A stretch of 64,000 nt of DNA from the human T2T-CHM13v2.0 reference genome, Homo sapiens: the NCBI RefSeq assembly GCF_009914755.1, contig NC_060939.1; one strand, 5' to 3'. The position numbers were made by a program, and so were the translations under genes. Every line of letters starts with the position of its first letter. Within the stretch, counting starts at the first letter, position 1. Shown here one piece after another: positions 29,301 to 45,399 of the stretch. Under the pieces are notes generated by a model that made no database searches, had not been told where the DNA came from, and saw nothing but the letters and a program-made list of their open reading frames with translations.

Positions 29301-30256
29301 TGGCAAGGGCCCTGCCTGAACCTTGACAAGCCAAACGAGGTTGGGTGACTTGGAGGTTTTGCAGAGCCTTGCTCAACACTTGCCTCCACGAGTTCATGAC
29401 AGCATGTACCATGTTTGGCTAGATGTGCCTGCAGCTCTGAGCTCCTGTGCTCCTGAGCTCTGCTCTTTCCTGGAGCCCACAAACAAGAGTAGCATCTTTC
29501 ACGGTCCTTGGCCCTAAGCCTGGCATCTCTGTGTGCCAAGAAGCAAGAGGCCCAATCCCACTGGGTTGTAATGGGGTGTCCCTGCATGTTCTGTAGTCCT
29601 GCTGTCATCAGGGGCTGGAGTGACCAGAAGGTGAGGGAAGGGTAGCAGAGATGTCCCAGATGAGTTTGGCTGCTAAGTAGGGAGGATTATGGACATGTCG
29701 TCTGCTTGGTGGGTGGAATCATGACCTGCCATTGACATGAGGAGGGTAGTGAGGAGCAGGTGATAAAGAGAACAATGAGGGGGACACAGTATGCAAGTCC
29801 AGAGTGGTCCAGATGAGACAGGGCCCTTGGAGCCACTGGGTCCCACACAGCCCACCCAGCGTCAGGATGACAGACACTGCTGCCAAGGGATTGTGCTTGG
29901 GGGCTTGCCCTGTCTACTGGGGGTGCTTGTCTGGCCTCCTGCACACATGCAGGCTGGGGTGGGGGCATCCACCAAGTGCACCAAGGAAGTGGTCCAAGTG
30001 CCTCATTGTCCTCTCCTATAAGGAGTGCTGGTCCCTCCTGACCCCAATGCAGGCAACTTCATTCCTGAGGAAGAATCTATCTTATGGTTTTATGTTCATG
30101 TTTTATGTTTATGGCTTTTCAGGTTCATGTTCTGAGTGAAGAGGGATTGAGCACACATTTAAGGTGATCAACTAGCCAACACGTTCCAGGAAGCAGCTAA
30201 CTCTCTGTGGCCAGAAGCGCAGGTGAAATTAGAATCCTGGGAAGGGGCTTGCAGGA

Positions 30257-30329
30257 TCATCTGACGGAAGTGTCCTCTGACGGAAGGGTCCTCCGATGGA
30301 AGGGTCCTCTGATGGAAGGGTCATCTGAC
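30257..30329. repeat. 16-bp tandem repeat, ~4.5 copies
   Basis: tctga(c/t)ggaagggtcc units. Confidence 0.9.
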
Positions 30330-30667
30330 CACTGTCTCAGCTGCCCTGCAGATCCCCATAAAGCCACCACTCTTGCCCCAACTCCAGAAGAAAAATGTTG
30401 GGACCAATAATCACCATCATATTCTTTCCACTTTGAGGTATTAATTACTCAAGTGGGGATTACAGTCCAGGTCTCACTGCCATATCTGTGGGCCTGCTAT
30501 CTGGTCCCAGGTGATATAGGGGAAGCTATTCTGTTTTACCTGGGAGTGTTAGACCTCAGCCCAGTCCTTTGCCCACTTGTGGATGCCCAGTGGCCAGCCC
30601 ACGGGTCTTCCTGCCCTAGCCCCAATCCAGCCCCAGGGAGGCAGTGGTGCCAGCCTCCTGCCCGCAC

Positions 30668-30865
30668 CTGCTTAGAGACTTTGAGCCACGTCTTTTTGAG
30701 CCGGAAGATTGCACTGCGGTTCATGGACGAGGTGATCTCCAGTACGGCATTGTAGTTGTGGAGGCAGCGGCATATGTCAGCTACGGCCACCCACTTCTCG
30801 ATGGCGCTCACCCTGGCGTTGATGTCCTCATTGCGGATGATTTCTGAAGCAATCAAGTTACTGAT
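30668..30865 (-). CDS. RASGRF1: RASGRF1 coding exon [10 protein letters not shown]...[15 protein letters not shown] (CDC25 domain)
   Basis: 198 nt; CTTAAAG| acceptor, CAG|GTGCGG donor; RasGEF signature IFRLKKTW. Confidence 0.97.
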
Positions 30866-30924
30866 CTTTAAGCCGATGCAATAAGACAGGGAAAAAGAGG
30901 AGTAAGTATTGCAAAGATGATAAA

Positions 30925-33070
<2,146 letters not shown>

Positions 33071-33073
33071 GGT

Positions 33074-33400
33074 GGCCGAGTGCAGTGGCTCACACCTGTA
33101 ATTCCAGTACTTTGGGAGCTGAGGCGGGTGGATCACCTGAGGTCCGGAGTTTGAGACCAGCCTGGGCAACATGGTGAAACCCTGTCTCTACTAAAAATAC
33201 AAAAATTACCTGGGTGCAGTGGCGTGCACCTGTAATCCCAGCTACTCAGGAGGCTGAGGCATGATAATCACTTGAACCCAGGAGGTGGAGGTTGCAGTGA
33301 GCTGAGATTGTACTACTGCACTCCAGCCTGGGCGACAGAGGGAGACTGTGTCTTAAACAAAACAAAACAAAACAAAAAAAACCAAAAAACCCCACAAAAA
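33074..33400 (+). mobile_element. AluS-type element
   Basis: Dimer, TSD ccaagaagg. Confidence 0.9.
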
Positions 33401-35088
33401 ACCCAAGAAGGAGACACATGATCACCATGTCCATTCCATGCTGTTGTGGAGAGAGACGGGACTAGGGTGAGGCAGTTGAGGTGTGGGGTACAAGTGCAGA
33501 AGGGCGAGTAGCTCCTTCGATTTTGCTCTCTGGGAACCTTGCTTGCCTTACACCAGTACCCCAGCTTGGCCATGGTCCTGAAGATCCTGGCCAGTACCAG
33601 TTAAGAGGACAAAGAAATTAAAGGCAAAAGGACCAGAAAACAGCAAATAGAACTGTGCCAGGGAGAGACGAGGAAAATCATTGTTGTGCCAGCACACATC
33701 CTGTGTATCAGAACCAAATGGTGGATTTGAACAGAGATGGCCAAATGCCAGGTCGTTACAAGGGCAGCTTCTGAAGTAGACCGTGTGCGTTCAAAATTGT
33801 ACTCTGCTGTGTAATGTTGGGGATGAAATTTCCCCTCCTCAAGCCTCAGTTTCTTCATCCACAAAGTGGGCATGGCAGGATTAAATGAGATGATGCTTTT
33901 GAAGCACAGCGTCTAGCATGGGGTGAACACTCAGTGAATGCTCACTTCATATTCTTGTCTTTCACTTGCTCGACTCCTGGGCACACAGTGGGACAGGGAA
34001 GGGAGGGGACAGTGATTTGTTGCCTGGTGCTGTAAGGTGTGGTTGGATCAGGCCTCTGTCAGGTTATGTTTCCCGAGGCTTGGTCTCTGTCCCTCTTTCT
34101 CTCCTGAGAGGCACACGAGTCTCCTTTCTGCTGCTGTGCTCACTGCAGGAACCACTGGGTGCCCAGGCCTAGGAGGCCCCAAAGGGCTCCTCCCCTGAGC
34201 TGCAATCTCTGGGTCTTTCTTGTTTCTTCTAGGCTGCTGAGGATCCTCCCAGGATATGGTGTGCTGGCGGCTGGGGTTGGTAGGATGTGGCCCTGGCCAA
34301 GGTGGTCAGGGCAAGTGGAATCATGTGCTCCCACCACCGGCCCTCAAAGGCTCTTTCCTCGTGTTGATGATTAAACTCAGAAGAATGAGGATGCTGAGTG
34401 CAACTGTTCTCAGGGCTGTCACGAGGCTGGGAGTGGACCCGGCTCTGTGGTTCAGGGGTTGGAACTTGCACACATGTGGGGAAGTTGCTGGGAGGGAGTT
34501 TTTTTTTTTTTTTTTTTCCTCACACAGCTGATTTGCACTGTGTAGCAATGGAAGCCATGAGCTACCACACACCAGTTAGGAGACCTCAGCATTTGCCCTT
34601 CCAGAGTCTTGGTTTCTTTGTACCTAAAAATGTGAGGACAGCCCCCATCTTTTAGTTGATGTGAGCTTTCAATGAGATTACTATGCACAAAAAGCTCAGT
34701 GCTAGGCACAAGGTAGGCACCCGGTTAGGGGGCAGTGGATATTCTTATTAAAGAACATTGCAAATGCTCCCTGTGGATGTGAATTGTGCCTCAGAAGGCT
34801 CTGGGACCTGTCTGCCCCCCAGTTCTCTGCTGCTCCCATGTTTCTCTGAGGAGGGATTCTGGGAGCTGGGGGTGTGTGATGCACCCATCTGAACTTAGTG
34901 TGCCAATCAGAGTCAGTCCAGGCCCTTTGAGCTGCTTATGCCAGGCCAGTTTGCAGGTCCAGTGCTTGGTCCCATCTCAACAGTTCTTCCCCAGGAAAGC
35001 TGGGGCTGGGAGGTCTAGAGAAGGGGGCTGGAGGAGCTGGATATTGGGCCATCCTGATCCTAGCCAGGGAGATTCAGGAGCCTTAGTC

Positions 35089-35248
35089 TCGCCCAGCACT
35101 GTGGCCTCCTAACATTAAAGAGAATGTTTAATTAAACATTCGCTCAGCACTGTGGCCTTCTAACATTAAAGAGAATGTTTAATTAAACATTCGCTCAGCA
35201 CTGTGGCCTCCTAACATTAAAGAGAATTAAACATTCTCTTTAGTGTTA
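35089..35248. repeat. 51-bp tandem repeat, ~3 copies, containing a palindrome
   Basis: tcgc(c/t)cagcactgtggcct(c/t)ctaacattaaagagaatgtttaattaaacat. Confidence 0.95.
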
Positions 35249-35848
35249 TCCCAAAAGACCATCTTACCACAAGAAAGGCAAGAAGAGGGGCAGCGAGTGG
35301 GACATCATTGCCAGAGTAGCTGAAACAGCCAAAACCTTAGGAGATTCCGAGGGTTCTGGATAATGTATGAATTAGAGGGAAGCTGTCTGCCATTGTCCAG
35401 CCAAATATTGCTTGTTGCTAATACTGAGATGAGGTTTAAAAATAGGAAGCATAGCAAGGTCTTCATTCCTTTCCTTCTAATCCTTCATTCCCTTCTGTTC
35501 TCTTTGCCACAGACTCCGCAAAAACCCTGCTCCGAGGAGTAACCCCCACTTAGGAATCACAAGTTCTGGGTGAGGGCTCACAGCGAGCCAATGCTGGGCT
35601 GAATGTCTTTAGATGACCACGCAGTTAATCCTCCTATGACTGTTCCATGGTCAGCCCCACTTAATAGGAGAAGAGACTGAGACTGAGGTGAGGCAACCAG
35701 CCCGAGGCCACATGGCAAGGGGTGGCAGGGCTGGAGAGGACCCAGGAGTCTGGTTCCAGCCAGGTGTATAGCCCGTTCTCTACCCAGCCTCTTGAGCGTC
35801 TTGCCAAAGAAAAACCCCAGTGAGAGAGGCGCTCCCATCCATACTCAC

Positions 35849-35933
35849 GTCATTGAAGTGCTTAGTGGTTTTCATGATATAAGGGGTCCTTTCATTCTTT
35901 TCCAGTTTCATCCATCCTTGTCCGAAGAACTCC
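35849..35933 (-). CDS. RASGRF1: RASGRF1 coding exon [28 protein letters not shown]
   Basis: 85 nt; CCTACAG| acceptor, GAC|GTGAGT donor. Confidence 0.96.
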
Positions 35934-37350
35934 CTGTAGGAAGTAAGGGGAGACCCAGGTGGAGGGGGTGAGGTTTGCCTTGCTGATTTCATTGCTCCAT
36001 GCTTTTTATTTTATTTTTTGGCTTTTTGAGGCTGTCATTTCTGGGGGAACAACCTTCTGCAGAGCCCTGGAAGGAAGGAACCTTGGGCTCAAGTCCAGCT
36101 CTGCCTTGTCGCAGCTGTGTGGCCCCAGACAAACCCTTTATAGCTCAGGGCTTCAGTTTCCTTATCTGTAAAATGGGAATCAAGACAATCCTTTCCTCAC
36201 AGGTTTACTGGGAGGCTGAAATAAGGTGTGGGAAGGCACACATGGTGGAAATAATTTGTTATGAATCTTGTTTTCTGACAGGGAGAATTCACATTTTAGT
36301 CACTGCAGCAGCTGGTCTGTAGGATGAGGGAATAGAAGGCCCTAAAAGGGGGCAGATAAAAGGCTTAAAAAGCCTGCAAGCCAAGCCACAGGCTCCTGAC
36401 ATCATAAAGTGACAGGGAGAGGGGACCTCGGCAGAGTCCTGTGGGCAGAAGGGGCCGGGGAGGTGATTTGTGTTTGAAAACACATCCCGCTTCTCCTCCT
36501 AGAGGGACATATCAGGAATATCATCTGTTTCTATGTCCAGGAGATGTGACAGGTTTCCAAAGTGCCGACCCTCTCTATTTACACGAGGCAGCACCCATGC
36601 TGGGGAGGGCTGCGAGAGTGCCAGGTGGGGCTGAGGCCAAAAGCCCCACAATGATTCAAATCCGGTGAGCCCAATTCTGGGAAACCATTCTGGGACCATT
36701 GTTAGGAATTCAGACATATTTGTTGCAAGGATGTTTACCGCAGGGATAAATATAAAAGTGAAGGCTGAAAACACTCTCGTGGCTTAGTAACACACTGTTA
36801 GAGAATGCTGTGTACTTATTAAAAATAGTGTTTACAAATGCCCTTTTGGCATAGCATCAGATGAAGGAAGAGGGATAGAAAATTACATAAGTAGAATAAT
36901 TGCAGTGAACACCAGGGATGACTGAGGCCAGAACAGGTAACAGCAGGCCTTGGGGCTTCTTCAAAGTCCACGCCTGTCCCCTAAATCAGCTACTGGAGGT
37001 CACTGGACCTACACACGTGCCCACGCTCTTGCCTGTGTGCACAGTTTCTCACAGGTACATGTGCACACACACATGAACACATGCTCTTTTCTAGATACTC
37101 TCTTTCTAGGAGCTCTGAGTTAGAGATGATTCCAGAAAAGTGTGTGTGTGCAGCTGACAGGTAAGGAGAGAATTTGGTGGGCAGGAACGGGAACAGGCTT
37201 CTCTCCCTCATTCTGCTGACCCAGGCACTATTGTTTCAAGCTGTGGAGGGTCCGTGCAGCTCTGGAAATTCACTGCGTGTGCTTCCAGGGTGCTGTCCAA
37301 GACAGTGCCTGAGGAAGCGGGGGGAGGCGGGTGGTGCCTGCAACACTTAC

Positions 37351-37454
37351 TCATAAGGAATCTTCTTGAAGACGAGGTGATCTAGCAGGGTCAGCTGCTC
37401 CGCGATCTCCAGGGCTGAGTGGTTTTCAAAGGGCTCAGCCTTCACGCCTTCAGC
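37351..37454 (-). CDS. RASGRF1: RASGRF1 coding exon, start of CDC25 domain AEGVKAEPFENHSALEIAEQLTLLDHLVFKKIPY(E)
   Basis: 104 nt; AAAACCAG| acceptor with CTAAC branch point at ~37486-37490, GA|GTAAGT donor. Confidence 0.96.
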
Positions 37455-38660
37455 CTGGTTTTGAGTTGGGGGAGCAACATTTTGAGTTAGGCCCATGACG
37501 GACACCTCCTGGATTCCCAGCTGCCTCTGTGGGGGTATCTCGCCCTCGAATTGGGTGGGCGGGTGGACGGGGTATGACGCTGCCTCGAATCTGATGAGAG
37601 GGTGGATGGAGTATGATGAGGGGAGGTGGAGGGAAGGGGACGGAGGGAGATGGGCCCCGCCCTGTTGTGCCGGTGTGTGCAGCCCAGTGCTCGGACCGCC
37701 CTCACCCACCCTGCCAGGGAGCTCCCAGCACGTGCATGAGACAATGGAGGCTTCCAGAGGTGAGCCACTGGCCCAAGTTGCTAAGCTGGAAGTGGGCTGA
37801 CTAGGACTGGAGCCCAGGTCGTCTGACTTCAGGCTGTGCCTGGCCACTCCCTTCAGCGTCCGCCTGAGCCCACAGCTGGCTCTATACAATTTCCTTTTGA
37901 AACTAGCAGGTGTGGACTCCCAGGCGTGATTAGCTCCTGGGATGGCCCTGTGCTCAGAAGACAGCTGTCCTGCCTTAGTCCTGGGCCTTAGTCCGTGTCC
38001 CTGGCCCCCAGGGGCCACCCTTGGACACCATCATTAAGGGATTCCACTATTTGGGCCCTTTGACCAGAGAAAATCTTCAGGGAAACGTTAGCCAGAGGAC
38101 AGTGGTGGCCACGGCAGGAGATGGATGAGTGGTGGACATAGGGAGGCCAGTGTATTGGGCACAAAGGCCTCGTGGAAGGTCTGCTGGATCTGAGTGAGGG
38201 ATGCTGGAAGGCGGTGGGTAAAGGGACAACTGTGTTGGTCTTGGGAGGAGCCTGTTAGGAACAAGAATCCTCCCCCATCACCACCTCAGGACCACCTGGG
38301 CCACACAGGAGGAGAGCGGTCAACCCCTCAGGCAGCAGGTGCTCTGAGAGATGACTGTCTCGTGTGCCTCATGCCTTCGCTTTTCCATGCTCACTTTACC
38401 CTGTCCAGAAGTCCCGGCTGGGCTGAGCACCTGCAAGCAGCCCATCTGCCGGGTCCCAAGGGAAGTGGGGCCATCCCTCCTAGACTAAGTGTCTCCCTTC
38501 CTCCCATTTCCTCCACAGACGGGCACTGAGGTCTGCACCAAGGCCCTTGCTACACGCTGAGATAGAAAGGCAGGAAACACGGTTCCTGACGTCAGGGATC
38601 TCCAGCCTAAGTGGTTCCAAGTCATGTGAATGGAGCGAGGACCGTGGAGAAAAACAGCCT

Positions 38661-39070
38661 CTGTGTGTGTGCCATGTGGGTGGTGTGTGGGTGGTGTGTG
38701 TGTGCCATGTGGGTGGTGTGTGGGTGGTGTGTGTGGTGTGTGGGTGGTGTGTATGGGGTGTTTGTGGTGTGGGGTGTGTGCATGTGTATGTGGGGGGTGT
38801 GTGTGTGTGGTGTGCCTGTGGGTGATGTGTGTATGTGGTGTGTGTGGTGTGGCGTGTGTATGTGGTGTGTGTGCGTGTGCCTGTGTGGGTGATGTGTGTG
38901 TGTGTACGTGGTGTGTGTGGTGTGGTGTGTGTGGTGTGTGTGTGGTGTCTGTGTGTGTGGTCTGGTGTGTGTGTGGTATGTTTGCTGGGTGTGTGTAGTG
39001 TATGTGTGTGTGGTGTGTGTTTGGTGTGTGTAGTGTGTGTGTGTGGGTGTGTGTGTGTGTTTGTGTGGTG
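38661..39070. repeat. Degenerate (GTGTG/TG)n low-complexity tract
   Basis: ~410 bp almost entirely G and T. Confidence 0.95.
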
Positions 39071-40539
39071 GCTGTCGGTGAGTTTTTCCTGGCAGAGCTG
39101 CCCTGGGCAGGGAAGGGTGTGTAGAGAAACCCAGGTGCAGGAGCATGGGTGTTGGGGGACATGAAGCCTTTGGGGACACAGAAAGGAGAGTGGCAGGGCC
39201 ACTGGGATGCCGGGTTGTAGTGAGAGAACCCAGGCAGGGGATCCCCTGTGTGCTCACAGGGAGGGGACCCTCAGCCTCTGAAGCAGCTGAGTGAATAAAT
39301 ACAGGTGGGCAGCCCAGCCACCTTCCCATCTGAGGGTCCTGCCTGGTGCCCTGGGGTTGGGCTGAACTGCCAGGGCCAAGGGTGAGCTCAAGGGGCTGGG
39401 TGGCTTATGGCCCAGAGGCCCAGGCGCTGTGGGGCCCAGAGGCCTGCACTGGTACCAGAGGCCAGAAGAGGCATTCTGGCCAAGGTGGGGTGGTTGGCTC
39501 CTTCCGCTCACTTCTGGGGTGGCCTGGGAAAGAGGGTGACCCTGGAAGCAGAGATCAAAACTGACAACTTCCTCCACCTTTTATAGGCTTTTGAAAATCC
39601 TCACTGTCTCTAGTGAGGCCGCGGGGCCCTCTCAACCCGGATCTGCCCCACACAGGCTCTGGGGACAAGAGAGGGCAGCTCAGCAGCTGTTTGTTCTGGA
39701 AGAACCTCAGGCTGTTCACAAAGGAACAAGGGGCCCTCATGCTGTTGAGGGGTAAACATTCCAGGTGAGCCCCTGTTGGGAAACAGGAGCAGAGTGCAGT
39801 CGGCTTCCTTTCAGCTGCCGAGAGGAGTACTTCCGTCTTGGGGTTTACCCAGCATTCTGGCCCCAAAGGGTCAGTCTGGAGGAAGTAGGGTCTGGGGACC
39901 GTCAACCTCCCTGCCTGTGGACCACGTGTGGGTTCCTGGGGGCCCAGCCCTGCAGCACTGCTCTGGGGGCAGAGTGTGGGCAGAGTGCTTACAGCTTCAT
40001 AGGTGCCCTCACCACTTCCAGGAACCAGGAGGGGAACATGGGAGGGGCAGGGGCAGCAGGGGCCCAGAACCCAGAGTCCCAAGTCCTCACGCTGGCTACT
40101 TCCAACAGACTGAAGGTCACTCAACTAGCAAGGGGCTGAGCCAGCATGGCACAATCTCTGCCTCTGGTGGGGAAGGTGTGGTCAGAGTGAGCCTGTCTTG
40201 AGTATCCCCAGCCGCTGTGATGCAGGGGCCAAGGGCTCTGGGGTGGCTTGTGATGGCATTCTGGGGTGCACATCACTGACTTGGAAAAAAGTGGGCTGTA
40301 GCTGGACCCTGGAAGTGCACAAGACCATCATTCCCTTATTCCGTCTGGAATGCCACTATGAGCTTGGATTTGTTCATGGTGAGCACAGCTCTGTCTCTGG
40401 GGTCCCATCATTTCTGGGCAGGTGGTGAGCTGCACTCCAACTTCTGGGGATGAGGCAGTGTGGTAGACGGAATGAGGGAGAGTTGTCGCTCTGGAGTCAG
40501 CCAGACCTGGGTGTGAACACCAGCTCTTATACCACCACT

Positions 40540-41312
<773 letters not shown>

Positions 41313-41397
41313 GGGTGATGCCTGTGCTGGGTCAGGGGTCCTGGGCAGGAGGATGGGGAGGAAAGCCTTGGAAAGCAAGAGGGCAGGCCCAGCTCAC

Positions 41398-41458
41398 CAT
41401 CTGCGTGATCTCCTCCAGCGTGATCTGGTTGTCACCTGGGTCCTCCTGGGTCAGAGTC
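41398..41458 (-). CDS. RASGRF1: RASGRF1 coding exon [20 protein letters not shown]
   Basis: 61 nt; CCTGCCTAG| acceptor, ATG|GTGAGC donor. Confidence 0.95.
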
Positions 41459-42984
41459 CTAGGCAGGAGCGAGAAGGCACGGTGAGCCCCACTTCACGTT
41501 GCAGCAGCCCCTCCCCAGCTCGGACAGCCCCACACGGCCTCTGCTCTTACGCCCCTCTGTCCTCGTCATCCCCATTGCCAGGAGCACCCTTTCCCCTTCC
41601 TCCTTCACTCTTCTTCCTGATGGTCCTGGCGCTCCTGGCTGTGGGAGGTCCCCTTCTGGGGCCCTCTCAGCCCCTGGGCTTCCTGCATCTGGCTGGGTGG
41701 GAATGGCCTTTCTGCCACCTCAGGCAGGGAGCCCTCGAGGGAGGGACGGTGTCTGATTCAGCCCCATAGCTCTGGTGCCAGCACAGGACTGGACATTTAG
41801 CAGGCGCTCCTGCGAGCACATGGATGACAGGATGCATGACAGGAAGGAAGCACAGGGAGCGGGGAGGCAGCAGCGTGGCAGCCACAGGCCCAGAGGAGGG
41901 ACTGCAAGGATGGAATTGGGAGAGCAGAGGAGAGTGGTACACACGGTGGGGAATGAGGGTAGAGCCTCAAAGTCAGGCCAAAGTGCCGCACGCTCACAGT
42001 GATGGGCTCAGAGCCACAGCTGGTGAGTACCAACGGAGGCTGCGGACACTGGAGAGCCAGGCCTGGGCTGCGTGGGGACAGCCAGGGGTCTGCAGGCCTG
42101 CCGGGGCTGCGGGGAGTGGCTCTCTGGATCAGCCTGGCAGAAGGCATTGTCGTGTATATCTTACAGCTGAGGAAACGGCCCCTCAGGGAACTGCCTCACC
42201 TGGGGTCCCGCAGCTGGAGCATGGTGGGCCCACGCTCCAAACCAGGGCTGCCAACTCCAGAGCCTGCTCTTTCATCACACCCAGGGAACAGGCTCCTCTC
42301 CGAGGGTGGCTTTGATCAATATGCTCGGTGGGGGGCTCCACACACTCCTAAGGCCTCCTGGGAGGACCACGAGTGGCGGCTGTGTGTGTGTGCGTGTGTG
42401 TGTGTGTGGGCATGTGTGCACACACTCTGGCCTCTGTACTGAAGATGTGGAGGCCTGAAAGAGATTTTAGGACTGTGAGCCTGAGGGAAGAATGGGCCCC
42501 AGCATGGGGCCTCCACGGCCTGGCTGGGGAGGATGTCTGGGCACTCTGGTCACAGGCAGGACTTGGGGGAAAGTCTGGGGAGGCTGGGGCCAGGCAAGAG
42601 GTGAGGAGGAAAGGCCAGGGCCCAAGCCCTCACACCTGGGCTGGGCTGGGAGCAGACAGGCTGAGTCGGTAGGTGCCCGCCACCCACTGAACAGCCTGTA
42701 AAAGTGACACCCGTGATCTCATCCCAGCCTTGAAGCGGGTATTGTTCACCTATTTTATGGATGAGGCTCAGAGCGGGGACTTGCCCAGGTCACATGAGTC
42801 ACTGGCTGAGCAGCTCAGACATCGGGCTGCCTGACCCTGACCTCCACCAGGAGAGGACAAGCATGGGTTTGGGGATAAACAACTTAACTGAATTCAATTC
42901 AACAGACACTCAAGCACCTACAAATCAGGCCTCGCCAGCACTGTTTAATAGATCTCTGCAGTGATGGCAGCATCCTACACCCTG

Positions 42985-43460
<476 letters not shown>

Positions 43461-43752
43461 GCTAGACAGGGGTTAGCAGCTGTGGACACACATGGAGAAG
43501 TGTGCTGGGTTCTTGCTTTGAAGAGATCAAGGTCTGGCGCAGGGTGGGGAGAGAGGAAAGAAGGACAAATAGACTACCCAGCCCTGAGCCTGCCCCCAAG
43601 AGCTCACCTCTACCCCAGCACTCCTACTTGGGGCTGTCCTTGACAAGGGCGCTCTTCACCTCCCGGGCCTCTGACCAGCCCACATGGAGGCAGAAGGCAG
43701 GGCTCCTGTCCCAGCAGGCAGTTCTGAGCCAGGAACCAGGTACTGCCTTTAC

Positions 43753-43865
43753 CTGATGATGTTGGCTGCAGCCTTCCGCTCCTGGGTCAGGAGCTCCGGG
43801 TCGTGCATGACTTCTTCCAGGAAGCCGATCACCTTGCATTTGAGCTCATCGTTGGTCTCAAAGTC
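43753..43865 (-). CDS. RASGRF1: RASGRF1 coding exon [37 protein letters not shown](R)
   Basis: 113 nt; GGCAG| acceptor, AG|GTAAAG donor. Confidence 0.96.
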
Positions 43866-44375
43866 CTGCCGGGAAGGTGTGATGGGTGGCTCTGGTTACT
43901 GTTTTTGAGCTGCTCTGCAGTGGTCTGGGCCCAGGCCAGAGGAAGGAGCTCCAGTTTCTATTCTGCCCAGGGCAGGCTGACCTGCCTCATTTCCTTTCTG
44001 TTGGCTTCCTGGCAGGGCATGAGAGGCTCTCCAGGCCTAGAGAATCTTAGATAAAGGCACTGGAACCAGATCAAAGCCCATCTTTCAGCTGGCTGCACCC
44101 CTGGGCCAGGGAGGCACAAACCTACCTGTACCCCTGCTACAGGCAGGGTGGATAGACAGAGACCCATTGTCCCTTCCATGTCCTTTGTTCCCTCCTAGGG
44201 AATCTGAGCAGTCCTCCGGGAACATCAGGGTGGCACATTTGAGCTCCCTCCCTTCTGCTGCCCCACTGCCAGCCATCAGCTCACTCTGCCCGCAGCTGCT
44301 TTTGGAAGGCAGCTGGTTCCTGGGGCCATTGCCTGGTGGTCCCCAGCAGCCTGCCCAGGGAGGGCTCCCACCCAC

Positions 44376-44482
44376 CTGAGAGTGCTTGGACACCCAGTGG
44401 CGGAGCACGTTCAAGACACGATTGGTGGCTGCTCTGCGGATCACAAACTCCTTGTCTCCATTCCTCTGGTCTGGGGGAAACC
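44376..44482 (-). CDS. RASGRF1: RASGRF1 coding exon [35 protein letters not shown]
   Basis: 107 nt; TGCCAG| acceptor, CAG|GTGGGT donor. Confidence 0.96.
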
Positions 44483-45399
44483 CTGGCAGCATGCGTGGCA
44501 GAGGGGAGAGAGGACAGGTGAGGACAAGAAACAGAGCTTGACACTAGTCTGGATTTGCCTCTCGGATCTGGCTGAGTTGGGGTGAGTGAGGGGGTCATGG
44601 GCAGGGGGATAACAACATGTTTAACAACTAGTGTCTGACCAATAGCACAGATGTCATGGCTCCTCAGTCAACACGGTCCATGCATGCCCAGCCTCTTCCA
44701 GACCTCTCCATCTTTCAAGAGCTGCTGGAAGGTTCAGGCAGCCTCCCAAGACAGAGCCACGCAGGGCCTCCCCAGGGAACAGAGCTCAAAGGGGCCCCTA
44801 TTCCAGTCTCTGCTGCAGGATCAAGGATGCAGAAGTGGGAGGTGGGAGCATGGCGGGACAGAGGTTCCCATGGGCAATGGGCTTTATGTCGAGTAGAAGC
44901 TGGCCAAGTAGCAAAGGGCGATGGGTGGGAAGGAAGGGGCCTCCAGGCAGGAGGGTCAGCACTAGCAAAGGCCTGCAGGATGGAAGTTTGGGGGAAGGAT
45001 GGATGGCATTCAGCTGGCAGCTGGAAGAGGAGGGTGCAGGGCACGCTGTGCCCTAGATGTGCAGTGGCCCTGGCTCTAGGTGTGGGGTTCAGGCCCTGGG
45101 TGTGTGCAGAGCCCCAACCAGTGCAGAGAGGTGGGGGTTGTGACCCAGCACCTCCACAAGTGGAAGGCGGTGCCCAAGCCAAAATAATGATTCAGGAAGC
45201 TTCGTGTCCAGTGAGTGACTGTAGTCAATTGAAGCAGGGAGCTCCCCGAGGTTGGGTGCTTTAACAGGACCCACCTGTGCCATCCTTAGCACACCTTAAA
45301 CACCCACAGCAGAGCAAGTCCCCGGGACCATGGCTGCTATCACCTGCCACTGGGGCTGACCATGGGGAGGACCCTGTGAGTGGAGAACACCCCACATAC

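Noticed and set aside
35089-35248. CRISPR-like array of palindromic repeats
   Set aside because: No unique spacers, no cas genes, human intron; it is a tandem repeat
37455-38018. 223-aa ORF extending the CDC25-start exon into the intron
   Set aside because: Non-ATG start, includes MIR-like sequence, no protein-like character; only the last 34-35 codons are real exon
38480-39329. Long His/Thr- and Cys/Val-rich ORFs on both strands
   Set aside because: Artefact of the stop-free GT-rich low-complexity tract
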